A stretch of 64,000 nucleotides of DNA from Octopus bimaculoides (GCF_001194135.2 NC_068997.1:56918409-56982408); one strand, 5' to 3'; shown: positions 35,396-49,445, numbered from the stretch's first letter. Notes: a model not told the origin generated them from the letters alone. Translations and numbers: made by a program.

Positions 35396-37382
35396 AATAA
35401 CCGCCCACTAACAACAGCGGATTAATGAGACTTAAAATAAATCATGGATGGATTAGAACTTAGTAAACGCAAGAGACGGCAACTGAATACTGCGAGATAT
35501 TTTGGTAAATATATTACCACATTCAGTAATCCACTCGCCTCGGCTTCCATTAAATAATGGATTTTCGTTTTCAATAAATTCTTTGTTATACAATCATCCA
35601 CCTAAAAAAGCCTTCGTCATTTTCTGTAAACGTTTTCTCTCCAGGTTTGCGCCAGTCAGTAGATACTACTCAAATTTATTACTTTTGTTTGTGACTTCAG
35701 GCCTAAATATACAAGAAATATCAATATGCTACTCGCAGGTTTTTCATGTTGTTGATGCTGTTTTACTGTTTTTTGTTATTGCTATATTTTGGTATTTTTT
35801 GTAGTTGTTTAGAGTAAGTTCTTTTATTTGAGGTTTATGAATTGTTTCTTGACTCATAAAGTTATGAATTTTCCAGCTAGTAAAAAAACAAAAAAAATAT
35901 ATTTTCAGAAACTGATACATGTACACCATTACGTGCACACTAAAAGACATAGTATGAATGTATGTATGTGCGTATGTATGTAAGTCTGTAGGCATATATG
36001 TATACACATATATAGTATGTATTGCGCTACAGGTTATATTAAAAAGATGTTGCCACCAGTATATATTAAAGGAATTTTTCTGTTTCTTCCCAATTCTCTG
36101 TGAGTGAATTTTGAGAGGAACTCCTCCCCGCCGCCTTCTCCATTAAAACATTGCTATTTAATGCCATATTATAAAGAAGTCCAGCACTGTCGATGATATC
36201 TCTTTGTAAGTTAATTTAGAGATGGTTCTACTAACCTCGGCTACTATATTTTAAATTATAATTTATGGAGCTGTTGGAATAACTGTAAACTCCACCAGGT
36301 TTACTGAAGTTGGGAGACTGGTTATATTTTGTATGAAGTTCTCAATTTAAACCTTGGGTCGTTCGTATTACATAAAATCGCAACCATATATGGCAAGTTG
36401 CTCACTTACCTACGTATGGTTTGGTATTTCTGAACGATAGAAGAATGTCCACGATAAATCATCCAACTTCTGCCGCAACGTGAGCCCCAACAAACTTCCA
36501 ATAAATAGCTTGTATTGCTAGTTCTCTTCCTTTTCACTCATTATCAGTTGTCGTGTTTTTATTAAATAAGGTCTGCTGGTTTCTGTTTTGATATTAGGTA
36601 TGCTAATCGTAATGGGTTGCTACTTAATTTCAGAGTTTTTGGCAGGATAAAATTCTACTCTATAAAACTCAGTATATTTGGAAGTTTCTTTTTTTCTCAG
36701 TATTATGGACAGAGTTCCCCTTGCATCGTCGTATGCAAATTTCATGCATAGGAGGATTGTTCATCGTACATTTAAACCTGGAAAATAAGTTTCATTAATG
36801 GATCTTAGGTGTCAAGTAGATGGCGCATAGAAATGTCTTCAACGCGATCTTCTTCTTTAAACAACGAGTATGTATGTTATGTTGTGTTCGTAGATTTGTT
36901 TTAGGTGTTGCTGATGTCGTGTTGATTTTTTTTAAGTGTTGCTGTGTTTGATCGCGGGACATTTCAAATAATTATTTTCAAGTTAAATATAATTAAGAAA
37001 AAGTACGAACGATATCGAAAACAATTTTAATCAGCTTAATACAGTTTGGTTAAGAACTCAGGCTCACCTTTTTATTTGAAAAGCCACTTTCGTGATAGGA
37101 ATTTTTAAAAAAGTCATTTTCAGGTGGAAAGGCTTTCTTGACAAAGAAACAATTCTCGCCTTTGTTCATTTCCAACTTCGGGCTTTAGAAGACGATTCCT
37201 AAAAAGAACGCTTCAAAGTATTTGCATGTTCTTCGGTGAATGTGGAACTATTGACTCAGTAGTGGTTTTCTTTTTCTTTCTCCCGCAATAGATAAAACAA
37301 CATCAATCCAAATAAAATTAGAGAAACACATCGAGAACACGTTGCAAGGGCAAAAATAATTTGCTTGTGAGTTTCTAAATAA

Positions 37383-37598
37383 GTGCTGTGAATTGGCAGA
37401 ATTGTTAGCACGCCCTGCGAAATGCTTAGCGGTATTTCCCCGGTCGCTACGTTCTGAGTTCAAATACCACCGAGGTCGACTTTGCCCTTCATCCTTTCGG
37501 AATCGATAAATTAAGTACCAGTTGCATAATGGGGTCGATCTAATCGACTGATCTCCTCCCACAAAATTTCACGCCTTGTGCTTTTAGTAGAAAGAATT
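37383..37598 (+). mobile_element. tRNA-derived SINE, family A (best-preserved copy)
   Basis: A-box-like TGGCAGAATTGTTAG at 37394, B-box GAGTTCAAATACC at 37456, core and tail intact, followed by (ATC)n. Confidence 0.92.
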
Positions 37599-37613
37599 AT
37601 CATCATCATTACT

Positions 37614-37850
37614 GAGGTGGCGGACTGACATAATCATTAGAACGCCGAACAGAATGCTTAGCAGCATTCCATGCGTCTTTACGCTTTAAGTTCAAATTCA
37701 GCCAAGGTCGACCTTGCCTTTCATTCTTTCAGGGACGACAAATAATGAACAATCGATCACTGATGGAGGAGGGGAGATGAAATCGACAAGTCTCCCTCTC
37801 ACCGTCCCTTCGCCATCCGTTTAATCTTTGTGCCTGTCTTAGAAAGGATT
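37614..37850 (+). mobile_element. tRNA-derived SINE, family A, tandem second copy
   Basis: GAGGTGGCGGACTGACATAATCATTAG...AAGTTCAAATTCAGCCAAGGTCGACCTTGCCTTTCATTCTTTC. Confidence 0.85.
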
Positions 37851-38249
37851 ATAAGTTTGTAACATACATCCGCATTACACAGTGGTTCACAAGCACAGAA
37901 GAATGTTTTTATCCTTCCTTTCTAAATGGCCAACTATTCAAGAATTATAAAAGGTGGTCGGTATTGAACGATGTGCCAAAGTGGTTTCTATTAGTAAGGT
38001 CAGGCCACGTCATCACGGTCAAGTAGAAGGCTGCTAAGCGATGTATTAAACATCGTTAGGTGAGTTTGATCCCCTCAAATTCGAGGCCGTACTGTATTTC
38101 TCTAGCCAAAGATCATCTTTAGTAACCAACACTGTTTTTAGTTGACGAAAACAATGTGGAAATCTGCCTTGTGTGCGTCTCTCTCTCTCTCCTCCCCCTC
38201 TCTCTCTCTCTCTTCCCCCTCTCTCTGTATGTGTATATTACATACATGC

Positions 38250-38294
<45 letters not shown>

Positions 38295-40379
38295 TGCATG
38301 CAGTGTATGCATCAGTTTGTAATTATACTTGTGTTTCGAGCTGCATCTCTTGATTAAATTTAAGGATTTGATAAATGAAGGGTAAAGTATTCTCTTCTTC
38401 CTATCTTTTTCTTTTCCTTTCTCCCCTCCTCAGCCTTTGCCTCTTCTTCGTAAAGATACACACTAACATCTACACATTACTCTCTCTCTATAAAACGGTC
38501 TAGATGTTTGTCCATTAATCCATCTATGTATATTTATCTTTCGCCGCGATTCATCTCACTTTTTATTTCTGTTTGTATCAGTGTGTATGTGTATATGTTT
38601 CTACCTTCTCTTACTCTGGTTCGGTTTATATCCGTTTCTACTCCACTCTCTCATATCTCACTATGTTTCCATCTCCGACCCTCTCACCGGTCCTTTGTCA
38701 ATTGTTCAGTCTTTCCTTTCCACTTTACCCGATTGACTGTCTTTCTCTCTATCATTCTTTGTTTCTACATCTCCCCTTCCAGCCTGTCTATCTGTCAATA
38801 TATCCATTATCTAAATAATATATGGGTCTGTCATGTGTGTGTTTCTGTGTGTGAATATTTTTTTATCCAATTCTTCTCTGTCATCAAGCTGGCATTATAC
38901 ACTATCCATAGAACTGTCTTCCGTTCCTCCCTTCTTCTGTACCAATTTCTGTATGCCAAATATATACGTAAATGCGATATATATATAAAGTATATATATA
39001 TACTTAATACACATATAAAACTCACATATAAACACATACATAATAGTAACTGAGAACACACAGAAATAAAAAGCATCAAAGAAAAAGTGAAGATAGAAGG
39101 AAGCCCATCTCTCAGCCTCTTCTCAACGTGGGAACACATTGTCATTCAATTTGGTTCCCCCCCCCCCGCCATTTCCCATCAATTTTATTTGTTTTACTAT
39201 ATGACAGCACTAACACACAACACAAACTATTTTATAGATAATATATAAACAATATTACGAACTGATCTCCGTGACCAAGTAATAGCATCATCTTCCTTTT
39301 GTCATCATCGTTATCATTGTTTTCGTTGCTGATATTGTTGGTATTTAACTTCGTGACAGTTGCAAGCCAAAAGACTTATGATTCATACCAACCGTGGCAG
39401 CCCTATTATTTTTCGGCTATGTAAAGAACAGAGTTCAATATGTCTGTCTCATCATTTAAAGTCCAAGGTGTGATTTGAAGAAAATTTGGTTGCTAGTTCT
39501 AGCCAGTCGATCGATTCTGCATGAACTTTATGATCAGAATTATCAGACATTCTCCTAATTTTATATTTCATTACATTTTTCAAATCCGTTTTTTTTTTAA
39601 CAGCAGTGAGTTTTTTGAAGTTTTTTTGGCTGTTATTTCTGGTAGACTAAGTGACAATATAACGATTCTTATTGGTTTCATTTGTTTAGCCCAAGGCCAG
39701 CTTATCTATAAATAATCATTTCAACGCTTGCGCAATCTATGCAGGACAATATTATTCCTGGAGTTTTCTCTTTCACTTGAGAGAGATTTAGCTGCTATTT
39801 CTACGGATATTCTAAAGATTTTTTTTTTGATTACAATACTTCTGCCATTAGCACATCTCTTGTGCCACTCATAAAATGCAGCGTTAAAAATAAAAAAAAG
39901 AGACCACCAGAAAATGATAAATACTCAGCCGTGTAACTGAAATATCGAACAGTCACACACAGTCATGAAAAGCATGTTTCTAAACGAAACAAAAAATCTC
40001 ATAAACACATTTAAAAGCCTTGTTGATTGTTAAAACCGTCTGAAACCTCATGAGTAAAGCAACCCGAAAATATACAGACGTATAACCTACCAGTTTTGTG
40101 CACACACATTTTAACCGCAATAATATTGTAACTAGAGTAATATGGTAAAGGAGATATCACAACATGATTAAGAGATTTTCAGAAGAATAGAAAAGAAACA
40201 GAAGGGCTGCTGCAAACTTAAAACAAATCTATTTTAAAGAAAAGATTATTAGGTTTTAATATTTTGTCTCAATATTAATTTGCAGTTATAATATTCTCAA
40301 TTGTAAGCTAAGTCAATTATGAAGACAAGCCAGGAAAATGAAAAAATAATGACTGCATTTAGAAAACTAATGACTCTTG

Positions 40380-40630
40380 AGAATTTGAAACAGAAGGATT
40401 ACATTTAGCAGAAAATAGAACCGGAAAAATTCTAGAAATGGAAAATATTTACAAATTATCTAGGATGGAACTACAGCCATATGCAATACAGAATGATATA
40501 AAACTAGGTACAGTTAAAACATCAGAAGGGTTTTGTTATCAAGGAACCAAAAATTACCAAACATTCACTGAAATGACATTTTTGAAGATAAAGGAACCGC
40601 TAGAAGAATTGCCAAAGAAAACGAATGAAT
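40380..40630 (+). mobile_element. Highly decayed RTE-like LINE remnant (tentative)
   Basis: GLHL..NRTGKI / EGFCYQGTK / ..RRIA-like segments resemble GL.LN..KTK...FCYLG...EI.RRI. Confidence 0.3.
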
Positions 40631-42149
40631 AAATATAATTCAGCTGCTAATTTAGCTAATAATGGCATACAAGGACGATGCCAAGAAAAGCCTTTAAATG
40701 GGGATCCTTTATGTGGCTGAACAAAGAAATATCTGACAACATGCTGAAGAGTTTAGGCTTCAATGATAAGACCGAAAGTTTTTGATTAGAGTTACTTACA
40801 CAGAACTTCTGACCGTAACTAATCACTCTGTATGGAAGTGGTTTCAGAAGATGTGATACGCACATATAGATATGGTGAGAGGATGTATGGAGGGATGCGT
40901 GTGATGCACCCAGGGGTGTAGCAGCTTGTTATTACAGTGATAGTAGCCCTAGGGGTGTTGAATTATAGCACTGGTGGTAGTGGTTATGAAAATTGGTAAA
41001 ATACGATTCTTAACTAAAAACCTATAATTTTCAAATTCTAAATGATTTCAGACATGAATTTCAATAAAAGTAAATGTCGTCTCTTACTCAAAGAAGACTG
41101 AACTTCTCCCCGAGAAAGATATGAATTAACTTTTGAAGCGGAATAGAGAATGCCCTAAAAATATCCGCAAGCGGGATACTGATGCGGGGCTGAAAAGACA
41201 TGGATCCACGTAGAATAGAGTACAAAGGACAGCTCAGTTCCGAGGACATTGGAGAAAAAGTTTATCATTCATACGGAGCGAAGGACTTCTGTAAGTAAAT
41301 CTCTTAGTAATAGGAAACTGAATGATTCATAAGTTCCTGAAGTTAGCGGTTTAGTAGAGGAATTATTGATCAAAGGATTGCAAGAGGTGAATCACTAAAG
41401 TATTGACTTGAAGAGTAGAGGTGAGTACGTGATGGGTTCAATTTATAAATTGTGTAAAATTATTTAAATGTAACAATATTATGAGATGTCGGTAAATACA
41501 GTATTAGCTTTCAGATATTTCCCGTTCTCCTTGACATTTTCCCTTCGCTGTGGCAGCCATAGACAGCATCTCTCCCCAAAGACGCAGACCTAATCAATCT
41601 CGTTTAACATCTGACAGTTGTGTGTCTTTAGTAATCATTCGGATCTGTTATTTGGTCTGAAATGATTCAACATATTTAATCACCGCAGCAACATATTACA
41701 GGTCGAGCCAACTAGATAGCATCTACGTGATCATTCGACCTACTGGAAATAGTAAATGATTCATACTCGATATTTTATTATCTTACAAAACGATACATTA
41801 GTTGAAGTGATCTGTAGTATATAAGGAATCGATGCTATTGTTACGATTTGAATACTTCATAATTTTCAGTCGGACCTCGAATTAAATAAACATCTGCAAC
41901 ACGTGTTTTATCATCTAATTCTTTATTTTCCCCACTAGTCTCGGAAGCCCAGCAATTTTCTTTCGAATTCCAGCCTACATCTCGCCAAACCATAATATAA
42001 ACACTCAGTTTACAATGGAGGTGAAATGTTTCAAAACGACAAATGTCTTTCCGAGTCATAGACTCTCAAAGCTACTTTCCCCACATTTTATGATTTATTC
42101 ATTCTTCCTCTGGACAACACGCTCGTCTGTGTCAGTATTATTCATTTTC

Positions 42150-42272
42150 GCCAGCTGAGTGGAATGGAGCCAGGCAAAAAGAAGAACACAACGCATCGCC
42201 CGATGCAAGAATTGAAACCACAAACTTGCGATCTTGAGAGCAACACCTTAACCGTTAAGTTACACGCTTCTC
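42150..42272 (-). mobile_element. tRNA-like SINE head (different family)
   Basis: GAATTGAAACCACAAACTTGCGATCTTGAGAGCAACACCTTAACC is the reverse complement of a tRNA-type head with a B-box-like GGTTTCAATTC. Confidence 0.55.
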
Positions 42273-43574
42273 AATGTAATGCTTAATGCTTATGAATAGA
42301 AAGGATACTTAACGTAACTGCTGTATAAATGTAACCAGTATTATTTTCTAACGTTCGCATACATATACATGCATGCATACAAACATACATACATATATAC
42401 AAACACATACATACGCGTGTATGTATGCATGGTGTTTACACGTATTAAACGTAGCTTTGTATCTGGAATTGTGTGCTTCCTGCATGTTTAATGCTGTTAA
42501 ATTTCGTTCAACATCTTAACCATTCAGCCTTTAAGCTTCAGAAGGAGTCGAGTAAAACAGATCAATAGTAATATTGTTTGTGCTTGATTACGTCTCAAGT
42601 ATATCAATAACGACCTTATATGATAACTGCTGATTGAAATCTCGTAAACGTAACCAATTTTTGATTATTATATTTTTATTTTTTCCATCCAGCTGTTAAT
42701 AACCATTTTCATTATGCTCTGCTTGAATATCAATTTCTGCTACTTAAACCGAATGGCAATGACATTTTTATGAATAATTAAACAAGCATAAGCAGGAGCC
42801 CATGCTGAATGAACAAATATTATATGGCCTTTACTTAAATTAAATATTAAACCAAAGGGAATAGGAAATTCTCTAGAATTCCTATATATCTGATTTCGAT
42901 AACAAATTATACTTTACAATTATTGCTCTTTGATTGATTGATTTATTTCAAGTAGTATTCTGTTCAGGAAGAATTGTTTCATTTGATTTAGTTTCATTTC
43001 AATATGTATATTAATCACGTGATAGATATCAGTGGTTTTATAAGGCATTAATATACTTAAGGTTCCTAATGTCCAACGTTTGGGCAAAGATGAACAGTTT
43101 CTGAAATAAATCTGTGTTCTCACAACGCAGTAGTTGGCAGGTAATGAAGTGTTTTGTGTGATAAAGAGCAATTGTGAAGATGATAAATCTTATTCGAAAT
43201 AAACTGTTGAAGCTGATTCCACTCGCACACAGGCATACACACACTAACTGATACATGCATAAACACACGCCCACTCATCCACATGCACCCATACGCATTT
43301 GCACGCATGCAGAATCCTATGCACTCAGAGTATACAAAACAACGAAATCTCCCACTTATCGAGAAAGCACCATATCCAGAACAAAAAAAAAAAATAATAA
43401 TGCAAAATAATGCAAACAATTTAACAAAACAATTTAGCCAAAAGACAAATCGAAGGGAGACAAACATCCAAAAGATGCCACTCATGAGTAACGTCAATCA
43501 TGTGATCGGCTTGAAAAATTAAGACACTAAGCTATTATCCTACTTTTTGTTTTTACCAATGGTAGCCTTAATTC

Positions 43575-43613
<39 letters not shown>

Positions 43614-43694
43614 AAGCAGAAAACATCAAGTCAACAAACAAATAAATTAACGAACATCGGTTAATTATTTTGTAATCCAAAATTTAACATTACA

Positions 43695-43795
43695 TAACAT
43701 TTCTTACGGCCGTTTCGGTTGCCGATGTCAATCATTGCCTACATAGAAAATTCTGAAAATAATATTCGCCACCTTTGAGCTTCATCAGACTGAAT
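43695..43795 (-). ncRNA. Type I hammerhead-ribozyme-like motif, probably in a Penelope-like terminal remnant
   Basis: Minus strand CUGAUGA (43788-43782), 65-nt stem II region, GAAAC (43716-43712), GGCC loop, GUA (43707-43705). Stem III and core are canonical; stems I and II are imperfect. Confidence 0.6.
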
Positions 43796-44161
43796 ACAAA
43801 TACAAAAATAAACATAAATAATAAATGAAGGGAAGAAGGAAGAGGAAAAAATGGAGCCTCGACATGAGGCCAGAAGGCTCAATGTATTAGTCATACCATT
43901 TTGCATTGGAAGCTTGAAGTCGATAGGCAGAAGAGTGAACAGGCAAATGAGCCCGAAAAATAATTTGCGGGTTATCTCTTTATATGGGGGTTCCAGGGTG
44001 TATAAATGGTAGTAGAATAAAACTATTGCTAAAATAAACCAGGAATCACCAATATGTCTAGAAAATAATAGTACTTAGGATTTCGTAAATAGAGGTAATT
44101 AATTTTTATGGATAAATATTGTGAAAACACTAACACGTAGGCGTTTACCCGTTTGCTCATG

Positions 44162-44199
<38 letters not shown>

Positions 44200-44619
44200 T
44201 TTACATGTGCAACACAAAACGTCAGTTTAAAACGGTGTTGTGTGTGAAATGTAACATAGATATCGATAAAGTAAATACAGGATCAAAATAATTCCCGACA
44301 TCGATATGGCCCACCATAATCAAACACTGAATCATGTGGACAAGAATAGCTGCAGATTTATAAAGGAAACCAATAAATTAAAGAATATGCGAATGTAGCA
44401 ATGAAGTAGCTTTGCGCAGTGATTCGGCTTTTAGCCTCAAACAAGAGATTACTTCGACAGGTTTAGGCTTTTCACTCCAATGTTTGTAACAAACGTCAAA
44501 GTAAATTACTCCGGACCCAGTAGTGGAAATGATCTTGCAGTTGGGCATTCTTGACCAAATCTGAATACACAGACACATTTGACAAGTGAGGAGATCCTGC
44601 AGCAGTTTTAGTTCAAGTA

Positions 44620-44990
44620 CCTTCACCTACCACCACTCCACTTTGCTCTCCAACCAGTCATCATCCTAGCCTTCCTGCGGCTCTAGCCCGACCCGTCCAC
44701 CTCACACATCTTACCCAAACTACCCCTTCCCTCCTTCAACCGAGCCCACAACGGCATGACCTCCTGATCCACAGTTTCTTCCCTAACCCCACTTCCCAAC
44801 CTGGTTCATTCCCCTGCACCCGCCCACGCTGCTGCACTTGTCCCTACTCTCCTCTCCTCATCTGACTCCTACTTCCTCTCTTCACACCTACCCACCTCTC
44901 CTCTCTTCCTCTGACATCTACTCCCTATCTTCTTCCTATCCACCTTCTCTCATCATTGATACAGCCATCCCCACCACCCATCCACACTAC
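44620..44990. repeat. C-rich/pyrimidine-rich tract (G-rich on minus strand)
   Basis: Strong strand skew. Six G>=3 tracts on the minus strand within 44781-44825. Confidence 0.75.
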
Positions 44991-45004
44991 GTGTTAGTGA
45001 TTTC

Positions 45005-45130
45005 AAAACGCTTACCAGCGTTTCGGCTGTCATTCTATTCTGATTTCAAATTCTGGCGTAGTTGACATTGCCTTTCGTCCTGTCGGGGTTGATAAAATAA
45101 ATAACAGTTGAGCCAAAATTTGAAAGCAAT
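45005..45130 (+). mobile_element. SINE family A, deleted copy
   Basis: TTCTGATTTCAAATTCTGGCGTAGTTGACATTGCCTTTCGTCCTGTCGGGGTTGATAAAATAA. Confidence 0.75.
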
Positions 45131-45175
45131 ATCTTACAGTTTAGTCATAACGTTCATACGTAATAAATGTATGGA

Positions 45176-45213
<38 letters not shown>

Positions 45214-47239
45214 AGTGTATATGTGCGTGTGTGTGCGTGCGCGCATTTTATTAATATTAATAATAAATACAGTTTTGATTCTTATTTATGAAACTACTTT
45301 TAATCTATATCTGGGAATATGATGAGAACCAGATATTGACCATTCTAATCATAAGGTAACTATAAATATTGGAATTATACACGCTTAGTGTGAGTTTATA
45401 ATATCAATAACAACGAGATAAATTATATATTTAATATATTTCTGTGCATCTATCTATTTATCTATCTCTCTATATATATGTTTGCGTATGGATACATACA
45501 TATTCCTAAATATGAGTATACATGTATATATATATGTCTGTATGTATACTGTCTCTCTCTCACTCACACACACACACACACACACACATAGCAAACGAAT
45601 AAATTTCGGAATCAGTAACTCTTCAATGAATATTTTTGTTGAGTGGAAAATATGGTAATATCTCTGTCCCAAGATATTGAAATACTCTTGTGGTGAATAT
45701 TCAGCTGTCATTCAAGATCGATATATTCAAAGAACTCGCTAATCATTCTGTGATTTATATCCGTTTGTCTTGTAAATGATCCACATCAGTCAACTAGATT
45801 CATATCTCGCTCTACTGTTTTTTGTCTCTTTCCCTGCTTTGTTTGAGATAAATAGGTGTGATACTCAAGCTATGACATTGTAATTATTTATTTTATGGTT
45901 TATTAAATTAAATTTTGAAAGATGATGATAATAAAACTCGTTAAAATTTCCTAGAGAATTGGGGACGATAATTCATGGAGATTGTGGCCGTACTCGATCC
46001 CGCGTTGGGATCTGTCTAACCTCAAATCTCCAAAGGAAAAGGATGCATGAATGTGGAATCGGTTTTCTGTGAATGTGCAACGATGGTACAAACTTTGCAG
46101 ACTGGTTAACTCCATTTAGGAATTTCTTTGTGTTTTTAATTTAGGAATCAACAAAAACTATTAAAATGATTTCGTAGAGACACGAAATAACTCTATTTTT
46201 CATCCTTCCTACATGTTACAAAAAGTCACAAGATAATTAATGATAAAAAAAAAACAGCTTTTCTTTATATTACTATAAAAAAAGGTTTACAATACTTCTT
46301 TCGTCGTATCATATTCTATTTTCACAGCAATTTTCGCCCAGCAAACTTCTCGGATACATTCTGTAGCACTAACCACTCATGCGCAACGTGAACACTGACG
46401 GTTAGTTCGTACCCTTTAAGTAAAAAACAGATTATGATTTAGGAATACGTACCAAGTGGATGAAGCCGTTGCGCTCACGCGCACACACGCGCGCACACAC
46501 ATACATACATACACGTACACGCACGTGTAGTCACACGCTCAATTTAATAAGTAACTTGTAATTTGGTGAATTTCTCCCTTGAATAAATATTTTATGATAT
46601 TCAATGAATGTATGAAATCTAATTTATTTTGCGCATTACACATTCGATAATTTGGCAACAGAAAAAATATGTGTGTGTGTGTGTGTGTGTGTTTGTGTGT
46701 GTGATTATGTAAAACCTAATAAGTGATCCAGTTTTCCTTAGTTTCACTCTTTTTGCTTGCTTCATTCACAAACAAGTAGCTGCGCTGATACACAGCTTTC
46801 CAGCTGATTCCAATTAAATTTTGATCGCAAGATATTCTCGATCGCAGATATTCTTGGAATAGGAATGCTTTTATAAGTTCAACACACTCCAAACCACTAA
46901 TGACCAGTACCTATACTGAGAATCAATCTCGTAATTATTTCTTTGAAATCAGCCATTTAAATCTATTGTCACTAATTAGTCCACAACACGTGCAGGCGGT
47001 CGGTAAAGTTAATAAAATGTCGGCTCATCATGTTAAAGGGTCGCATTGCATATCACTACTGTAAATATTCATGGCTAACACACTTAAATCTCCGATAATT
47101 CTCTGTATTTAGATATCACCTTATAGCAAATATTGATACAACTCACTGATATAAAAAATCAGTATTATTGTATAATTGATAATGGTTTATTTACCGACTC
47201 GATTTTAGCTAAGATCTCTTGAAGATTTGGAGCACGAAA

Positions 47240-47410
47240 GTACGAGATTTCACCAGTACGAGGCATGAGATGAATGTCTGCAAATATACTGTTGAGCCTA
47301 CTCCCAGGTATAGCAACTAGCTAATTCTTCCATTCAAAATCACCAATAACAGGAAATTTATCTGCAACTACTGTGAGATATCCAACCAGTTTATTTATCT
47401 CAGCTCTAGA
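47240..47410 (-). mobile_element. Possible CR1/L2-type APE endonuclease remnant (tentative)
   Basis: Minus strand FPVIGDFEWKN*...GSRLNSIFADIHL resembles IIGDFN..W...G..L...F.D..L. Confidence 0.25.
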
Positions 47411-48477
47411 ATGACAGCATTCCCTATAAAATGATATTGTAGCTATTTCAATTCCTAGTTCTCTCACTGTGTTACTGATCCATGTTAATAATAAATAAAT
47501 TTAAGTTTTCCTGCAAATAATGTACCCTGCAGTTTTTTATATCATTTTATTGTGGTTTTTTGCATAACATATTTTCTTAATGAATTATACAAATTTTCCC
47601 TACATATATAGAGTTTTTTTTATATCTGTAGACAAATGCTAGAATGCCAGAGGCAACATCAAAATATGTAGGATTTTCTTTGACATTAGCATACAATGCT
47701 TTTGTTATGTTTTCTCTTCATCCAAAAAGGAAAACGAAAAGAATTTCTCAAAAAGCAAATATAAAAATCCTAAAAATATTTCCGAACATATTTCAGTGTT
47801 ATGAGTACATAGGGAAGATAGTTCATAAAATAGAGGATAAAGTTATTTTGTTTTCTTTTTAAAGAGCGTAAATAAATAGTTTCATATGAAATGCGAAGGT
47901 TAAGGGGGATGCTGATTGATTTGCCTCAGGGACAACTCAGTGCAATAAGACGAATGTTGATCTATGGGGTCAGAGAATTGGTTATATATGAAAGTCTACT
48001 GACCGTAAGATAAGCCAAAACAAAAGCATTAATATTTAGAGAAAGCCAATAGGAAATAACAATAACAATTGAGAATAACCAGTAAAAACGAAAGAAAAAT
48101 ATGCTTTTGGCTGGCTGCTCGCCTGAGTGATTGATTAGGTAATAGGAGCTTTGAGCTATACATGTAATGGGGGCAGAAGTGTGTGTGTGAGTGAGTGTGT
48201 GCCTGTGTGTGCGTGAGAGAGAGAGAAAGAGCATCCATTGGTGTACGCAGCAGATACACCGAGGAATAGTTAGAAATTGATGAAGATTGAAAGGAAACAT
48301 AATATTGAAAAGAAACAGCATGAACAATATAGAACGAGAGAGAGAAAGAGAGAGAGAGAAAAGCAGACAGACAATATGAGAGAGAGAGAAAGAGATGACG
48401 GTATCAGGACAATTGACAGAGATGAACAGATAGTTGTTTAAAGTATATGAGTAATCATGTAGATAGGAAAATGGATG

Positions 48478-48508
<31 letters not shown>

Positions 48509-49299
48509 CTGATGGTTAGACGGATTGACAACATACAAGTTAGCTTGACGAATTGATATTGTTTATATGTAGAGAGATGAATCTACCATACGTGGACAAA
48601 TGATGAATGGTCTTTGTACATGCATACAGCTACAAAACAGGAATAGGTACACAAAAAAAACGAACAAGTATAAATTGAAATTAGTAAAGACATTGAAAAG
48701 TTCTATAATATACCTTGTAGCTATTGGTTTTATGATACTGAATAAGGTACACATATTTTTGTTTAAGTCGATTTTCCTTTACTACGGTACTGAAACAGAT
48801 CATACCCTCAGACTATCATCTAGCCATAGAATAGCCTCATTAGCTGACACAGATTCTAGTCTTTACTAATAGCTTTCTCTGCTTATAATAGATAATAGTG
48901 TGAAACAAGGGACAACGTAAGGCCAGTATTGCAGACTGGCAAAAACCTTGTTCAGCATGTTCGTCTACCAGTGCATATACTGTCAAGCTGTGCCGCCACA
49001 CGGCACCTATCTAGAGTATGATCTAAAGAAATAAGTGTTGATTGATTTTCTCAAATTCTTAGCTGAAAATATTCACGTTCTCTCACTGATACATTCTACT
49101 CAGATTTTCGTTGCGCAGCTTCTATCTTATATTCTTTATTCATTTAATTATTTTTTTTCTCACATGCTTAATATCAGAAACATTCCTGCGTTTTATTTCT
49201 TTGTTGATTTTTATTTATTTAATTCCTTCTGAATTAAAAAGGAAGATATTTCCTGAAACTGAATATTCCAAAACAATGAATAACGCGTATTTCTCAACT

Positions 49300-49411
49300 A
49301 TCATTATTATTACTGTTATCATTATTATTGCTATTATCCTCATCGTCATCATTATTATGAGTGCTAGTAGTCCTAATAATATTCTTATTATAATTATTCT
49401 TGTTTTTATTA

Positions 49412-49444
<33 letters not shown>

Positions 49445-49445
49445 G
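49300..49445 (+). repeat. Imperfect (ATT/ATC)n tract
   Basis: Directly visible; it produces the poly-Ile ORFs 49111..49551 and 49215..49415. Confidence 0.92.

Noticed and set aside
40744-40800. CUGAAGA...GAAA hammerhead-like spacing
   Set aside because: Stem I does not pair and stem III relies mostly on G-U wobbles; consistent with chance.
41841-42059. Minus-strand ORF with IMVW..GWN resembling Tc1 transposase
   Set aside because: Only a few residues match; no TIR or catalytic motifs.
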